A DNA stretch of 64,000 bases from Chrysomallon squamiferum (taxonomy: Eukaryota > Animalia > Mollusca), in NCBI GenBank assembly GCA_012295275.1, contig CM022678.1, positions 1,736,001-1,800,000 of the forward strand. The letters are read 5' to 3'. The position numbers were made by a program, and so were the translations under genes. This document shows, one piece after another, positions 27,863-40,616 of the stretch. The notes beneath the pieces were generated by a model, which did no database searches, was not told the DNA's origin, and saw only the letters and a program-made list of their open reading frames with translations. How positions within the stretch are numbered: the stretch's first letter is position 1; every line of letters starts with the position of its first letter.

Positions 27863-29129
27863 ATATATGTACAGGTGAGCCTCACAGTGTTATCTTTTTT
27901 CTTCTTGTTCTTTTTTTCTTCATTTCACTTTTTTGGTTCGTGACGTCATTACATACAGAAATAAAACGCTCCGTCACGTATGTGATGACGTCACAACTTC
28001 ACTTGCGAATGTGTAAAACTGAGGCATTAAAATGTTTTGTAACAGTACTAGTTTATTTTCACAAATGAAAAGACAGCAATTAAATAATAATTTGGACTGA
28101 AGAAAATGATTTTGTTAGACTATTTGTTAATACTGCGAAAGATGGAACTTCAGTTCTACGAAAGAAAAAATATTATTAGCAATTTAGAATGTAGACAAAA
28201 GAGTGCTTAGGTGTTAAGTTAGTAGATGAACATATTTATATAATAAATACTATTTTCTAGATGATATAATGTTTATCAGTAATTAATATTCACTATTTGA
28301 AAAAAATATATAATAATATTTATTTTTTGTAAGAACATTATTTTCAAAACACACATTTCTTGTAAACACACCATTTCCAAAAATTTCTGTGTTTATAAAC
28401 ACACAATTTTAATAAAATGTATGTTTGAAAGAACACTATCATTAAAAATATTTTGCTTCAGTTATTAAGAACAAATTCCAAAATACAAAATGTCCGGCGC
28501 CAATACGGTTAGGAAAGTTTAATTATAGAAGCTCTAACGGTGCAAATATCAACAGAAGAATTTTTAAATTAAAAAAAGTAAAGAATAAAAAGAACATGCA
28601 TGTATTGGATAATACTTTACATCTGCCTGCATTCTTAGGTAACTATCAACATTCTAATTTGCGGAGACATTTGTAATCTGTCGGTTACATTCCTGTTCCG
28701 ATAGCTCTCTCTCTCCCTCTGGTGCAAAAATAAATAGTCAGTAATTAACTTTCGTGTGTTGAAAGGACATTTTTCATTTTGAAACAAACAAGAACGTGCC
28801 AGTACTTTTTTTCTTCTTCTTCTTCTTCTTTTTTGTATCTGTTCACTTGAATTAAAATCAGAAAAGACATTGTTGCGTAAAATGTAGAACATTTTTTCAG
28901 CAAAACCAAAAATATTTATGAATTGCAAATGTTTTAAAATATCCTCCTTTTTTTTTTTTTTTTTTTTTTTAGCGAAGGACACATGCAAATGGCAAAATTA
29001 CAATGATTTTATTATTAGTTTTTAATCTTGATTTATATAATCGCTGGTTTTACAATTGTATACTTATATCACATTCCAGCATTGCTCCATATCTGGTTAT
29101 AGGTTGTGACAAGTGCTTTACAGTTTACA

Positions 29130-29470
29130 AAAATGACGTCAGTAGTAAATGATAATATTATGTAAATGATGTCACAACCAATAAGAGTTTAATAACCATA
29201 TAACTTACTGACGTCATACATCAAACCAGTCAATCGTAAAGAGAGTATTACGAAAATATCAATATTACTAAAATGACGTCACTACCGACCAGTATTAAAA
29301 TAAAATAATATTACAAGTATTACGTCACAGTCAATCAGGAGTAAATAACCATTATAACATTACTGACGTCATACATCAAACCAGCCAGTAGTAAAGAAAG
29401 TATTAGGAAAATGACGTCACAACCAGTCAGCTGTAAATAACCATATTAGGAAAATGACGTCATAACCAAA
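29130..29470. repeat. Degenerate tandem repeat carrying TGACGTCA
   Basis: Perfect TGACGTCA at 29134, 29209, 29274, 29364, 29412, 29455 plus two variants. Confidence 0.8.
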
Positions 29471-29829
29471 TACAAAGCACAGAACTACGATGTAATTATT
29501 TTGAATGAGACCAGAAACATTTGTAGTGAGTGAGTCACGCCAGGATGTTTTTTTTTTTTTTTTTTTTTTCATTCTGAAGTGTTCAACATGTCTGTGATAT
29601 TTAACTTTCTGAACCAAACACGACAAACAGATTTACACTGATATCCTGTAAGGGGCAGATTCAAGGGGAGGGTTGGGGTGGGGGATATAGCAAGAGAATC
29701 TAGATCAATGTCTGGTTAAGAAGACACACACACACACACACATACACACACGCGTATTCGCTTTCAGTTATTAATTTTTATGTTCACAAATATATATCCA
29801 CCCATAAGTAATTTGTTCTCTCTATATCC

Positions 29830-29907
<78 letters not shown>

Positions 29908-30249
29908 ATATGTATATATGTATATATATTTTTATAGAAATGTATGTAGATCTATATGATATATGTGTACATGTGTATTTATATGTGTATGGTGTATGTA
30001 TGCATGTATGTATGTATGTACGTAGTAAACATCTATTTTACTAAATTTTCAAAATGGAATAAACGGATGATGTGAGTGGAATACTAATGAGACTGGGTGG
30101 AAGGTTAAAGGACAGTCTGAGTACACGGCAGATAAAACTGTATTAAATATCAAGCAGAATGTTTGAAACTTTTTCTATCTTGGTGTTGTGTTTCCTTTCT
30201 GACAACCCTGTTCTGGTACTGACATATATAGATCTTCTTAGACTTTATA

Positions 30250-30300
<51 letters not shown>

Positions 30301-30622
30301 TAAAACATAAAACACACAGGCAGACGTACACACACAAACATACAGTTACTATATTTCACTGAATAATACAACGTGATCAAATAACATTACACTCTTCATA
30401 TGCTCATCTATCCATACATTCATGTGTTCATAAACCCACATATACAAATTATCATCCAAATGATACAAATTACCATCTTTCATAGTTTGAAGTTATAGAA
30501 GTTTATAGAATATCAACACATTTTAGAAACACATAAACACGTTCTCTCTCTATTTCTCTCTGTCTGTCTATCTCTTTTATTTATCTCTCTTTCTCTGTTT
30601 CTGTTCGCTCTCTCTCTCTCTG

Positions 30623-30726
<104 letters not shown>

Positions 30727-30946
30727 ATCTATTTTTGTCCATCTCTCTTATCTTGTCTCCTTACTCATTCTTTTTTGTCCATCTCTTTATCTTGTCTCCT
30801 TACCATTATCTGTTTATCTTTTATCTGTTTATCCTTTCTTCTTTTATCTTTCTGTCTTCTTTTAATCTCTTTTATCTTTCCTAGATTCTACATTTATTTG
30901 TTTTACCGTCACAGGTACAGACAAGTACAAACATGTTTTTATTTTT

Positions 30947-30990
<44 letters not shown>

Positions 30991-31093
30991 CTGGATCTAA
31001 TTTTGTTCACATGGTCACAGGGTGCTTGACAAATGTCACACATTCGTCTAATTCTTGTACTTGCAAAACTTCTCACACCTTCTGTCAAACCTC

Positions 31094-31259
<166 letters not shown>

Positions 31260-31851
31260 ATTCCTTCATGACCTTACTTTGTTCAAATTAATGCTGACAC
31301 AGGTATTCCTGTTTAAAGTTCAAAAGCAGAATTCTTGCAGATAAAATATTTGTGACTAAAAACAGAATTCTACTGATACTGCTATTCCTAGAAATAGCGA
31401 GGTTTCTCTTGTTTCAGTTCTTGTGAAGAACAGTGTGACAGAACAGCTAAGGAACAGTTATAGAAGAGATATATGATAATGGTAGAACAATAATGGAACA
31501 CAGTAACAAAGACAAAATTATGTTAGTGATAGAACTGTCTGAAATCAGTGACAGGACAGTCATGTAATATTAACAGTTAGAAAGTAGTTACAACAAAAAA
31601 CAAGTGTCTTGTAACAAGCGTATTATTAATAACTTTTGTTGTTGTAATAATTATCATTGCTGTTGTTATTGTTGTTATTATTGTTATTATTGTTGTTGTT
31701 ATTATTATTGTTAATATTATTATTGATGTTATTATTATTGTTGTTATTATTGTTGTTGTTGTTATTGATATATTATTATTATTATTGATGTTATTATTAT
31801 TATTGTTATTATTATTTTTGATGTCGTCGTTGTTGTTGTTATTGTTGATGT

Positions 31852-31888
<37 letters not shown>

Positions 31889-32033
31889 ATTATTGTTATT
31901 ATTGACGTTCTTATTATGTTCTTATTATTATTATTATTGTTGTTATTATTGTTATTATTATTATTGTTGTTATCATTATTATTATTGTTGTTGTTGTTAT
32001 TGATGCTGTTGTTGATGTTGTTGTTGTTAAAAG

Positions 32034-32144
32034 GGAGGAGACGACGTCGCAGATTTGTTCACAGCCGAGACTTCTGCTCAGTCACACAGAGGTGTGTACT
32101 CAGTGGTCAGGTGACCGATGTACTCAGTCTGAGAGACAGATCAC
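32034..32144 (+). CDS. Paralogue A exon 3: EMI-like Cys domain core (111 nt)
   Basis: aag|(R)EETTSQICSQPRLLLSHTEVCTQWSGDRCTQSERQI(T)|gtgagt; same length and phase as paralogue B exon 49861-49971, with shared CSxPR...HxEVCTQWxGxRC. Confidence 0.85.
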
Positions 32145-32557
32145 GTGAGTACTCACACACACACACACACACGTACACACGTACACACACACACGTACAC
32201 AGACACACAAACACACAGACAGATCACTTACATATACACACATAAACACACACAGATATATATACACAAACAACCATATAGACGCACGCATACACTTAAA
32301 CATACATACACACACAAACGCACACACATATATGCACACAGACACACATACACACACGTACACACTCATACACACGTACACACGGCAAACACAAACACCT
32401 TCACGCATATACATATATGCATATGTATGATCCATGCATACCTACCTGCACATAGAAATGTAGATACATTTTATACTATACATAATGATAAAAATGATGA
32501 TGATGATGATGACGATGATGCTGTCTGAGTGAACTGTGTGTGTTACTCTACTTGCAG

Positions 32558-34094
32558 TAAGGAAACTGACGGAACGATCAGTCAGCCGTGCTCGTCTACA
32601 CGTGCAGTGCGTGAGTGTGAGGAGTGCTGTGCCACCGCGCTCAACCAGCTGCGTCAGGTGCTGTGTGGCCCCCCCGTGTCTCCCGCCCAGGGGAGGCGGG
32701 ATGGGGGATACTACCCCGAGGCGGGTCGCCCTGGGGCAGCCGTTCCCGGGGTGGGGCCAGAAAGCCAGAGACAAGCGGAGCGAGAGAGACAGGCAGAGTT
32801 TGAGAGACAGAGGCAGGCTGAGCGAGAGAGACAGGCAGAGAGAGACAGACAGGCAGAGCGAGAGAGACAGGCAGAGTTAGATAGACAGAGACAGGCGGAG
32901 AGAGACAGGCAGGCAGAGCTAGAGAGACAGAGACAGGCAGAGCGAGAGAGACAGGCAGAGCTACAGAGGCAGCGGGAAGCTGAGGCAGAGAGGCAGAGAC
33001 GCGAGGAGGAGGAGGCGAGGAGGCAGGCTGAGTACGAGGCTGCGCTGGCGAGACAGAGGCAGGCCGCGGAGTCGGCTGAACGACGCGCCCAGGAGCTGTC
33101 CCAGCGCCTCGCCGAGCTCGAGTCTCAGTACGAGGCGAAACTCGCGGCTCAGGCGGCAGCCGAGGCCGAGGCTCGGAGCAGAGCAGACGCAGATGCGGCG
33201 AGACAGGCGGACGTGGAGAGACAGAGGCAGGCGGAGCTGCAGGGTCACCAGGAGGCGGCAGACGTCGCCCAGAGGGAGGCGGACGAGGCTCAGAGGCGCG
33301 CGAACCTGGCGGCCGAGGCGCTGGCGTCGCTGATAGCGCGTCACAACGCTGAGCGGGAAGCAGACGAGAGGGCCGCGGCGGAGGAGGAACGACGACGTCA
33401 GCAGGAGAGCGACAGACTGGCGCGGGCGCTGGCCGAGTGCGGCGAGGAGCTGGAACGACAGAGAGGCGAGCTGGAGAACGCTCGGATCGAGGCTCAGATG
33501 GCGAGCGAGGAGCTGGGGAGGATTGAGGCGGAGGAGAAAGCGAGGAGAGCGTCGCAGAGACTGCTCGACCTGCAGGCGAGACCCACCCACAGACCCAAGT
33601 ACAGACCCCCGCAGCGGACCCACTACAAGCCGCAGCTACGACCACAGCCCACGCCTCGGTACCCTTACGAAAGACCTCAGCCCACGTCACGGTACAGACC
33701 TCAGCCGACGTCACGGTACAGACCTCAGCCCACGTCACGATACAGACCTCAGCCTACGTCACGGTACAGACCTCAGCCTACGTCACGGTACAGACCCCGG
33801 CCCACCTACAGGCCTCAGCCCACGTTCAGACCTGCACGTCCCTACCAACCCACAGCTCAGTACCCCCAGCGACAGCCGGTGCGACAGCCGCCGTCCTTGT
33901 GTCGAACTGACGGCAAGACGCAGCCGTGCACCCCGTCACGTGCGACGTCGTATCCCGCAGCGTCAGCCGTACAGGAACGGCGGCGCTCCGTCTCAGATCT
34001 CGTGCTGCACGACGTCAATCGCCATCAAAACCGCGTGCTGCACGTCAGGCCTGGCCAAGTACGCCGTCGACGACTGCTGTTCTTCCCAAACCGC

Positions 34095-34125
<31 letters not shown>

Positions 34126-34228
34126 GTCGTCGCAGTCGTCCAACGGGCGACCAAACTGCTGTTCGACGTCGACCGCGGCGCTGACGTCGTGCTGTGTGAG
34201 TGTGAACTGGGTGGGTCTGTGCTGTTGA
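32558..34228 (+). CDS. Paralogue A exon 4: coiled coil, (QPTSRYRP)n, C-terminal CC modules (two frameshifts as assembled)
   Basis: ttgcag acceptor; KETDGTISQPCSSTRAVRECEECC..., ERQRQAE repeats, helical rod, Pro/Tyr/Arg repeat. The C-terminus homologous to paralogue B (NGRPNCCSTSTAALTSCCVSVNWVGLCC*) is reached only through shifts near 33992 and 34089; the uncorrected frame stops at 34184. Confidence 0.85.
33670..33830 (+). repeat. Coding 24-nt repeat (QPTSRYRP)n
   Basis: AGACCTCAGCCCACGTCACGGTAC-type units, five near-perfect plus degenerate flanks. Confidence 0.9.
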
Positions 34229-34971
34229 CGTGGTTTCGCTGCTGTCGGTCTGTGCTGTTGACGTGGTTTCGCTGCTGTGTGTTCAGCTTCAGTGAGGATA
34301 TAAATAACCTGCGTACTGCATCTTTTCATCTTTTGTAAAAAAAAAACAACTCTCTCTCTCTCCTGTCTGACGTTCCAAAATCCCCAGGGACGGGGAAGTT
34401 TATAGGGGGCAGGAAAAGAAGATGGTTTTTATGTGTTATATTTTTTATCTCGCCAAATCGTAAGTGTCTGTAAGATTTTGATTAATTCGTATTTAACTTA
34501 TCTGTAGTAGTGATTTGAAGTAAGGTTTTAGAAACAAAATCTACAAGTCAGTAAAATATAAACTACTAATTTATCTAACAAGAAAATAGGGAATTGATTT
34601 TTTATTTTTTTATTTTTTTTCTCTCTTGATTTGTAATCGTTGTCAGACACATACATATAAATACCTCACATATATAATAATATAACACACACACAAACAC
34701 ACACAGATACGCACACATACATAATCATACATACATACACAAATATAGATTATACAATTATATGCCAACACAAAACAATACAAAAAAATTCGCCCGCACA
34801 CGAATACTGCAGTGTTAGTCAGAGCGACATACTTTTGTTTATTGTTCATAAATCAAAAGAAAAAGAAAAAAAAAACTCACATTTCCAAAGCGTGAGTTTC
34901 CCAGTCAAACACGTGTCACACTGGTAAAAAGCGGAGAAGTCGAGAACAAAAACAAAACCAGCAGAGAAAAC

Positions 34972-35322
34972 AAAAATCTCGATATTCACACTTTAAAACT
35001 CTTTATTTCTCAGTAAAAAATCTCGATGTTCACACTTAAAACTCTTTATTTCTCAGTCAAAAATCTCGATGTTCACACTTTAAAACTCATTATTTGTGAG
35101 TCAAAAATCTCGATATTCACACTTTAAAACTCTTTATTTGTGAGTCAAAAATCTCGATGTTCATACTTTAAAACTCTTTATTTCTGAGTCAAAAATATCG
35201 ATGTTCACACTTTAAAACTCTTTATTTCTGAGTCAAAAATATCGATGTTCACACTTTAAACATTTTAATTCTGAGTAAAAAATATCGATGTTCATACTTT
35301 AAAATTCTTTATTTCTGAGTCA
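34972..35322. repeat. 44-nt minisatellite, about 8 copies
   Basis: AAAAATCTCGATGTTCACACTTTAAAACTCTTTATTTCTGAGTC. Confidence 0.9.
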
Positions 35323-35922
35323 TGCATTGTTTAATTTATCTTTGATATGAGGAAATAGTCTACATATTTTCTGTTTATTTTTATTTCAATTACGTGTCTG
35401 TAGAATATTTTCATTAAAGCTGCACTGTTTTGAATCGAGATAATTAGTCTTATCACTGAAATTCTCTGATTTAGTTTTTGTCATCGACCTTCAGATGTTA
35501 TTTTGAGTTAGACTTCTACAATGTTCCAATTTTCTTGTTTTTTTCATCGACTTTCACATACGCAGTAAACAGCACGTACATCTTTTGTTAATTATTTGAG
35601 TTTATGACGTCATCGTACCACAGTGAAACATTTTCTGACATCGTCCGTATTAAAATATCAACATAAGAAAAAAAAAAAAAAAAAAAAAATCTGGTTTATT
35701 ACTTTTTATATGACGTCATCAGACCACACTGAAACATTTTCAGACCTGGTCGGTATTAAAATGCCAAATTGAAAAAAAAAAAACCTTTAATTTATGAATT
35801 TTTGTATAAGCCACGTAAGATTTCATTAAAATACCAAAAGGATATATTTAATGCTGACTCCTAATCGTTACAGATAACCTGCAATATTTAACACACCTTC
35901 TCGTCCACAGCTTTTCAGACAG

Positions 35923-35972
<50 letters not shown>

Positions 35973-36387
35973 TCGGGTTAAACTGGTAGATAAGGTAACA
36001 TGTATTCAAGACGTTGCACATTTTAGATGTCCTCACAGGATGAGTCAAAAAAACTTAACAGTTTCACTTTAATGAACAGCTAAATTGATATTCTTAAATT
36101 TTTTTTTTTTTTTATCATGTTAAATACATACAGAAAATACATACATTTAAATATATACATTTGTTACATTCATGTGTGCACATACATACATACATACATA
36201 CATACATACATACAAACAAACATACATTACATACATACATATATACAAACATTTATATATAAATACATACATACATGCATACATATACATATATATGTGT
36301 ATGTATATATAATAATTTTTTTTACAAATTGCAATGGCCACTGTATGTACTCGATCCCAGATCGGTCGAGTCTTATACTTCATAAAA

Positions 36388-36422
<35 letters not shown>

Positions 36423-37650
36423 AAAATCTGTTTTCCCGAGCAGAAGTTAAATACTAGATCAATCTGATAATGAGAAATGCTAAAATTGTTCTCTTTAGAT
36501 AAATTTAGTGAAATTAAAGCGCCACAATTGTGAAAATTAATTACTGTCTGATACACACTCATTTTATCTGCAATACAGAGTTGCAAAGTGTACAAAAACT
36601 GTTTAAAATTTCTAAAGTTAATCGCTGTATAGGACACTACGTTTGCCAAAAAGTCTTTCGGTTACAGAACTAAATCACGTGACCCATGACGTAATATTCA
36701 CAGAAAATGACAATAGAGTTCCAATTATTTATATACAATGTTTTTATGGTTTTTGTCTTGTTTAAATTTCAATTTGTATTTTATTACTATTTTCATGGTT
36801 TCAATGAGAAAATGTATTTAACGATAATAATCTATGAAGGAGAAATATTTAATTATAACTCAGTACATAATTATTATATTATTATATAATTCGATATAAT
36901 GAATAATTCTTGGAAAATAAACAAACCACATAAAGATTATTAATAACTACTTTTATTTTATTTCTTTATCTTAATTTAGATTTTAAACATTTGTTTATAA
37001 ATTTATTATTGTTTTTTTTATTCTTCGTTTTTTTTTTTTTTTTGTTTTTTTTTTTGTTGTTGTTGTTGTTTTTCTTGAAAGTCATTTTCGTCGATTTTAC
37101 CTATTAAACCCAAACCACGAACCAGTCTCTTTAACTGATTTTTAAAACACTTTTGATTTTACGATTTCATTTCCTTTTTTCTTCACACATACCTGTGATA
37201 TGTTGATCCTTACAAATTTTATTAGAATACTTTTTTTTTTTTTTTTTTTTTTTAAATATACACTTTCTTCTTACATGTTTGCTAACTGCATAATATTATT
37301 GCTAGTTCTTTGTTTGTTTGTATTTTGTTTTTGTTTTATAATTAATTTTGTGATATGACTATATGCCGTGAATTGAGCCTTATTTTTATGATTCAAGTGC
37401 CGTTGATTTTATGATGTATCTGCTATTGATTGATTGTACAGTACTTGTGGCTTTTTGATATTGATATAACTATTGTATTTTATTGTAATTTTATTATATT
37501 TTAGTTATATAAATTATATTTCCATTCGTTATGATATGTTACTGTTTTAACGTATGGCATTTTTACAAATTAATAGAATCGTGTTTTATTAGATGATTTT
37601 TTTCTTCTTAAATATAGCTGTTTTATAAGGTATATGTTGCTTGTTGAATT

Positions 37651-37684
<34 letters not shown>

Positions 37685-37924
37685 AATGTAATCAGTAAAT
37701 AATATGCTTGTGGAATTTTGAATGTTCGCTATTTTGTAAGTGATTATTATTTTTATTTTATTTCGATGTCGTTTTTTGTTATATTCATGATATTTTAGTG
37801 TGCCTACCGAAATCAATTTTTTGTATGTATGTTGATATGTATCGATTTTACGTACTTTTAGTACATGTATGCTTTTTCCATTACTAGTATAATTCCATGA
37901 CATTTCAAATACATAATGGTAAAA

Positions 37925-38325
37925 TGAAATATACGTCATCGAAAAAACCAATGTATGTCATAGTAAAAACAGATATACGTCATAGTAAAAACAAATGTAT
38001 GTCATAATAAAAAAAACATACGTCATAATAAAAACAAATGTACGTCATAGTAAAAACAAATGTAGTCGTAATAAAATCAAACATACGTCATAATAAAAAC
38101 AAATGTACACCATAATACAAACCAAACATACGTCATAGTAAAACAAATGCACGTCATAATAAAAGCAAATATACGTCATAATAGAAAATAAGTATATGTC
38201 GAGGTAAAGACAAGTATATGCCTTAGTAAAACAAACGTACGTCCATGCAAAACTAATATACATCATAGTTAAAAGAAGCATACGTCATAGTGAAAAAAGA
38301 ATATATGTGTAGGTCATGGTAAAAC
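37925..38325. repeat. ~22-nt minisatellite (ATACGTCATAGTAAAAACAAAT)
   Basis: Recurring TACGTCAT core every ~22 nt. Confidence 0.85.
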
Positions 38326-38685
38326 TACACTTACGTGCTGTTGAAAACATGGTGATGTATTCATTTTAAATGAATGTTAGAAGCGGTTAATGCCTTAGTG
38401 ATTTGATTATTCTGTTTTAAATTATATTTTTATAAATCATGTTTACTTAGCTGTTTATTGTTTGCTGTAACTGCACCAGCGTAGTATTTATATCATTGTA
38501 AAATGTGTTTAGTAAATAAAACCTAGTAAATAAAAATAAATAAAAGTATTATTGTCTTAATTATTTATTCATAATTCTGTGTTGAACATCCATCTATCTG
38601 TCTGTCTATCTATCTGTCTGTCAGTCTGTCAGTCTGTCCCTCTATCAATCAATCTATCTATCTATCAATCATATCTATCTATCAA

Positions 38686-38740
<55 letters not shown>

Positions 38741-40557
38741 TGTATATCTACCTATTTATATATTTGTCTAATTATCTGCCTATTTGACTGACTCAGTGTC
38801 CGTATGTTTCTCTTTATCTCGGTCTGTTTGTCTCTCTGTCTGTCCCACCATTTCTTTCTGTTTCTCTTTCTCACTATTTCGCGCATGCGTGATGAATTGT
38901 CTCGACAGCGTAACTCCAGAAGTAATGAAAATACACACATGAAACGTTGCAGGAATTACCAAAAAAAAAAAAACACAACTTTAAATTCGAAAAAATAAAT
39001 AGTTTCTTTTGCTGTGTTTCTTTCTCCAATTTTGCTGTTTTTCTTTTCAGCTTTTCTTTTTTTTTTTTTTTTTTTTTGCTTTTGTTTCTGAAAAGAAAAA
39101 GAAGAAATTAAGCTTTATTTTGACAGCTGTGTTTTCACCGCATTTCAAGTTAATTGCTTTACCTTGACCTTCGTACTCTCATACGTCGTGTGGAATATCC
39201 TATTTGTTACGGAGCGGAAGTCCAACGTTGGTGATCGACTTCCGTTTGACAATATCGTCTGTCAGAAACCAGATGGCGCTGATTGAAATTTAAAAAGTGA
39301 CTGAACACTGGAACAGAATGTTTGTTTATTTGTCTGGTTACTGAAGTACAGACGACTTCTTGAAATGGGCGTTTTGCAACTTTTTAATTTCTAGGTTTTT
39401 AATTTTTTATTTAATTTTATTTCAGTTTTTTTCTTCTTTTTTTTATTTTTTAAATTTTCCGCTAGCGATTATTTGCAGCGGAGAAAATACAAATGTCTGG
39501 CATTTTATCAGACATTTGACATAAACACAGGAATAAAGGAACGCACGAGAGATTAAACTAGAGAATGTGCAGGGACGGAACAGAAACTAGGGCCGGAGAA
39601 ACGATATTAATTATTATGTGTGTGTCCTTCGTTCTTTTTTCTTCCTTTTTTTTTCTTCTTTTTTCACTTTGTTTTTTTTTCTTTGTTTCATTTCCCCTTT
39701 TTTTTTTTTTTTTTTTTTTTTTTATTCCTTTTTTTTTAGCGCGTTGTTATAAAGTCCTGTCTCAGGATGTGGTGGGTTGTCGGATCAAACAGTGTTTGTG
39801 GAACGAGCGAGCTGTTTCTCATTCAAACACTTCTCCGTAGCTGATGTAACAAAAACCACAGTACGTAGTATCCTGCATGTGGGAAGGTACAGATAAAAAT
39901 ATTACTTACTGCTAATTATAAAAGAGTAACCCATGAAGTGTTGACAGCGGGTTTCTTGTCTTGTTTTCTGAATTGTTCTAATTGTGTGTCTGTCACTGTG
40001 AAACTAAAACAAATGTTCTAAATGTGCGACATCAAATCAAACTTTTCATTCCTCCTTTTCTCTCTCTTCGTTGCTTTGTTCCTTGCATTTATTCTTTCTT
40101 TCTTCCCATTTTTCTTTTCCTTTTCCTTTCACTCTTTCCCAGTTTGAACCTTCTATTAAAGTTTCTCTTCCATTTTTTTTTTTTTTTTTTTTAAAGTGAG
40201 GTTAATAAAACGTGTTTACTGCATTTTAAAGACAGATAAAGAACGGCCATATCTGATTTAAAGCAGGAGAAACAAAGCTGGACTCTGTGACTTGTTTTCG
40301 TGCTGTTCTGAGATAAGCAGCCAGGCTGGAACGAGAGAGATAAAACTGCAACAAAAACACACGAGAGTTTAGTGCACACCAAACTAGTGACAGAGAGCTA
40401 CGTCAGTTTCACTCCTTCATACGTCAGTTTGTACATACGTACGTACGTACACGGTGTCACAGACATGTATATATATATATATATATAACAATAATAATTA
40501 TTATCATAATCATAATAAAAATAATAAACATAAATAACAACAACAACAACAAAAATA

Positions 40558-40616
<59 letters not shown>

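Noticed and set aside
32641-33738. Long antisense ORFs over paralogue A (also 50709-51512, 51618-52685 and alternate-frame 50837-52030 over B)
   Set aside because: Shadows of GC-rich repetitive coding sequence with few stops.
33997-34184. Arg-rich C-terminus of ORF 32529-34184 as the true tail
   Set aside because: Homology to paralogue B lies in the other two frames.
34972-35322. Regular repeat arrays (44-nt, 54-nt, 71-nt, 76-nt) as CRISPR
   Set aside because: Head-to-tail tandem units without unique spacers, no cas genes, eukaryotic context.
39931-39990. CCATGAAGTG...ACAGCG resembling paralogue A exon 1 (third copy?)
   Set aside because: Immediate stop (MKC*), no good donor and no downstream homologous exons; B has its own exon 1 at 44966.
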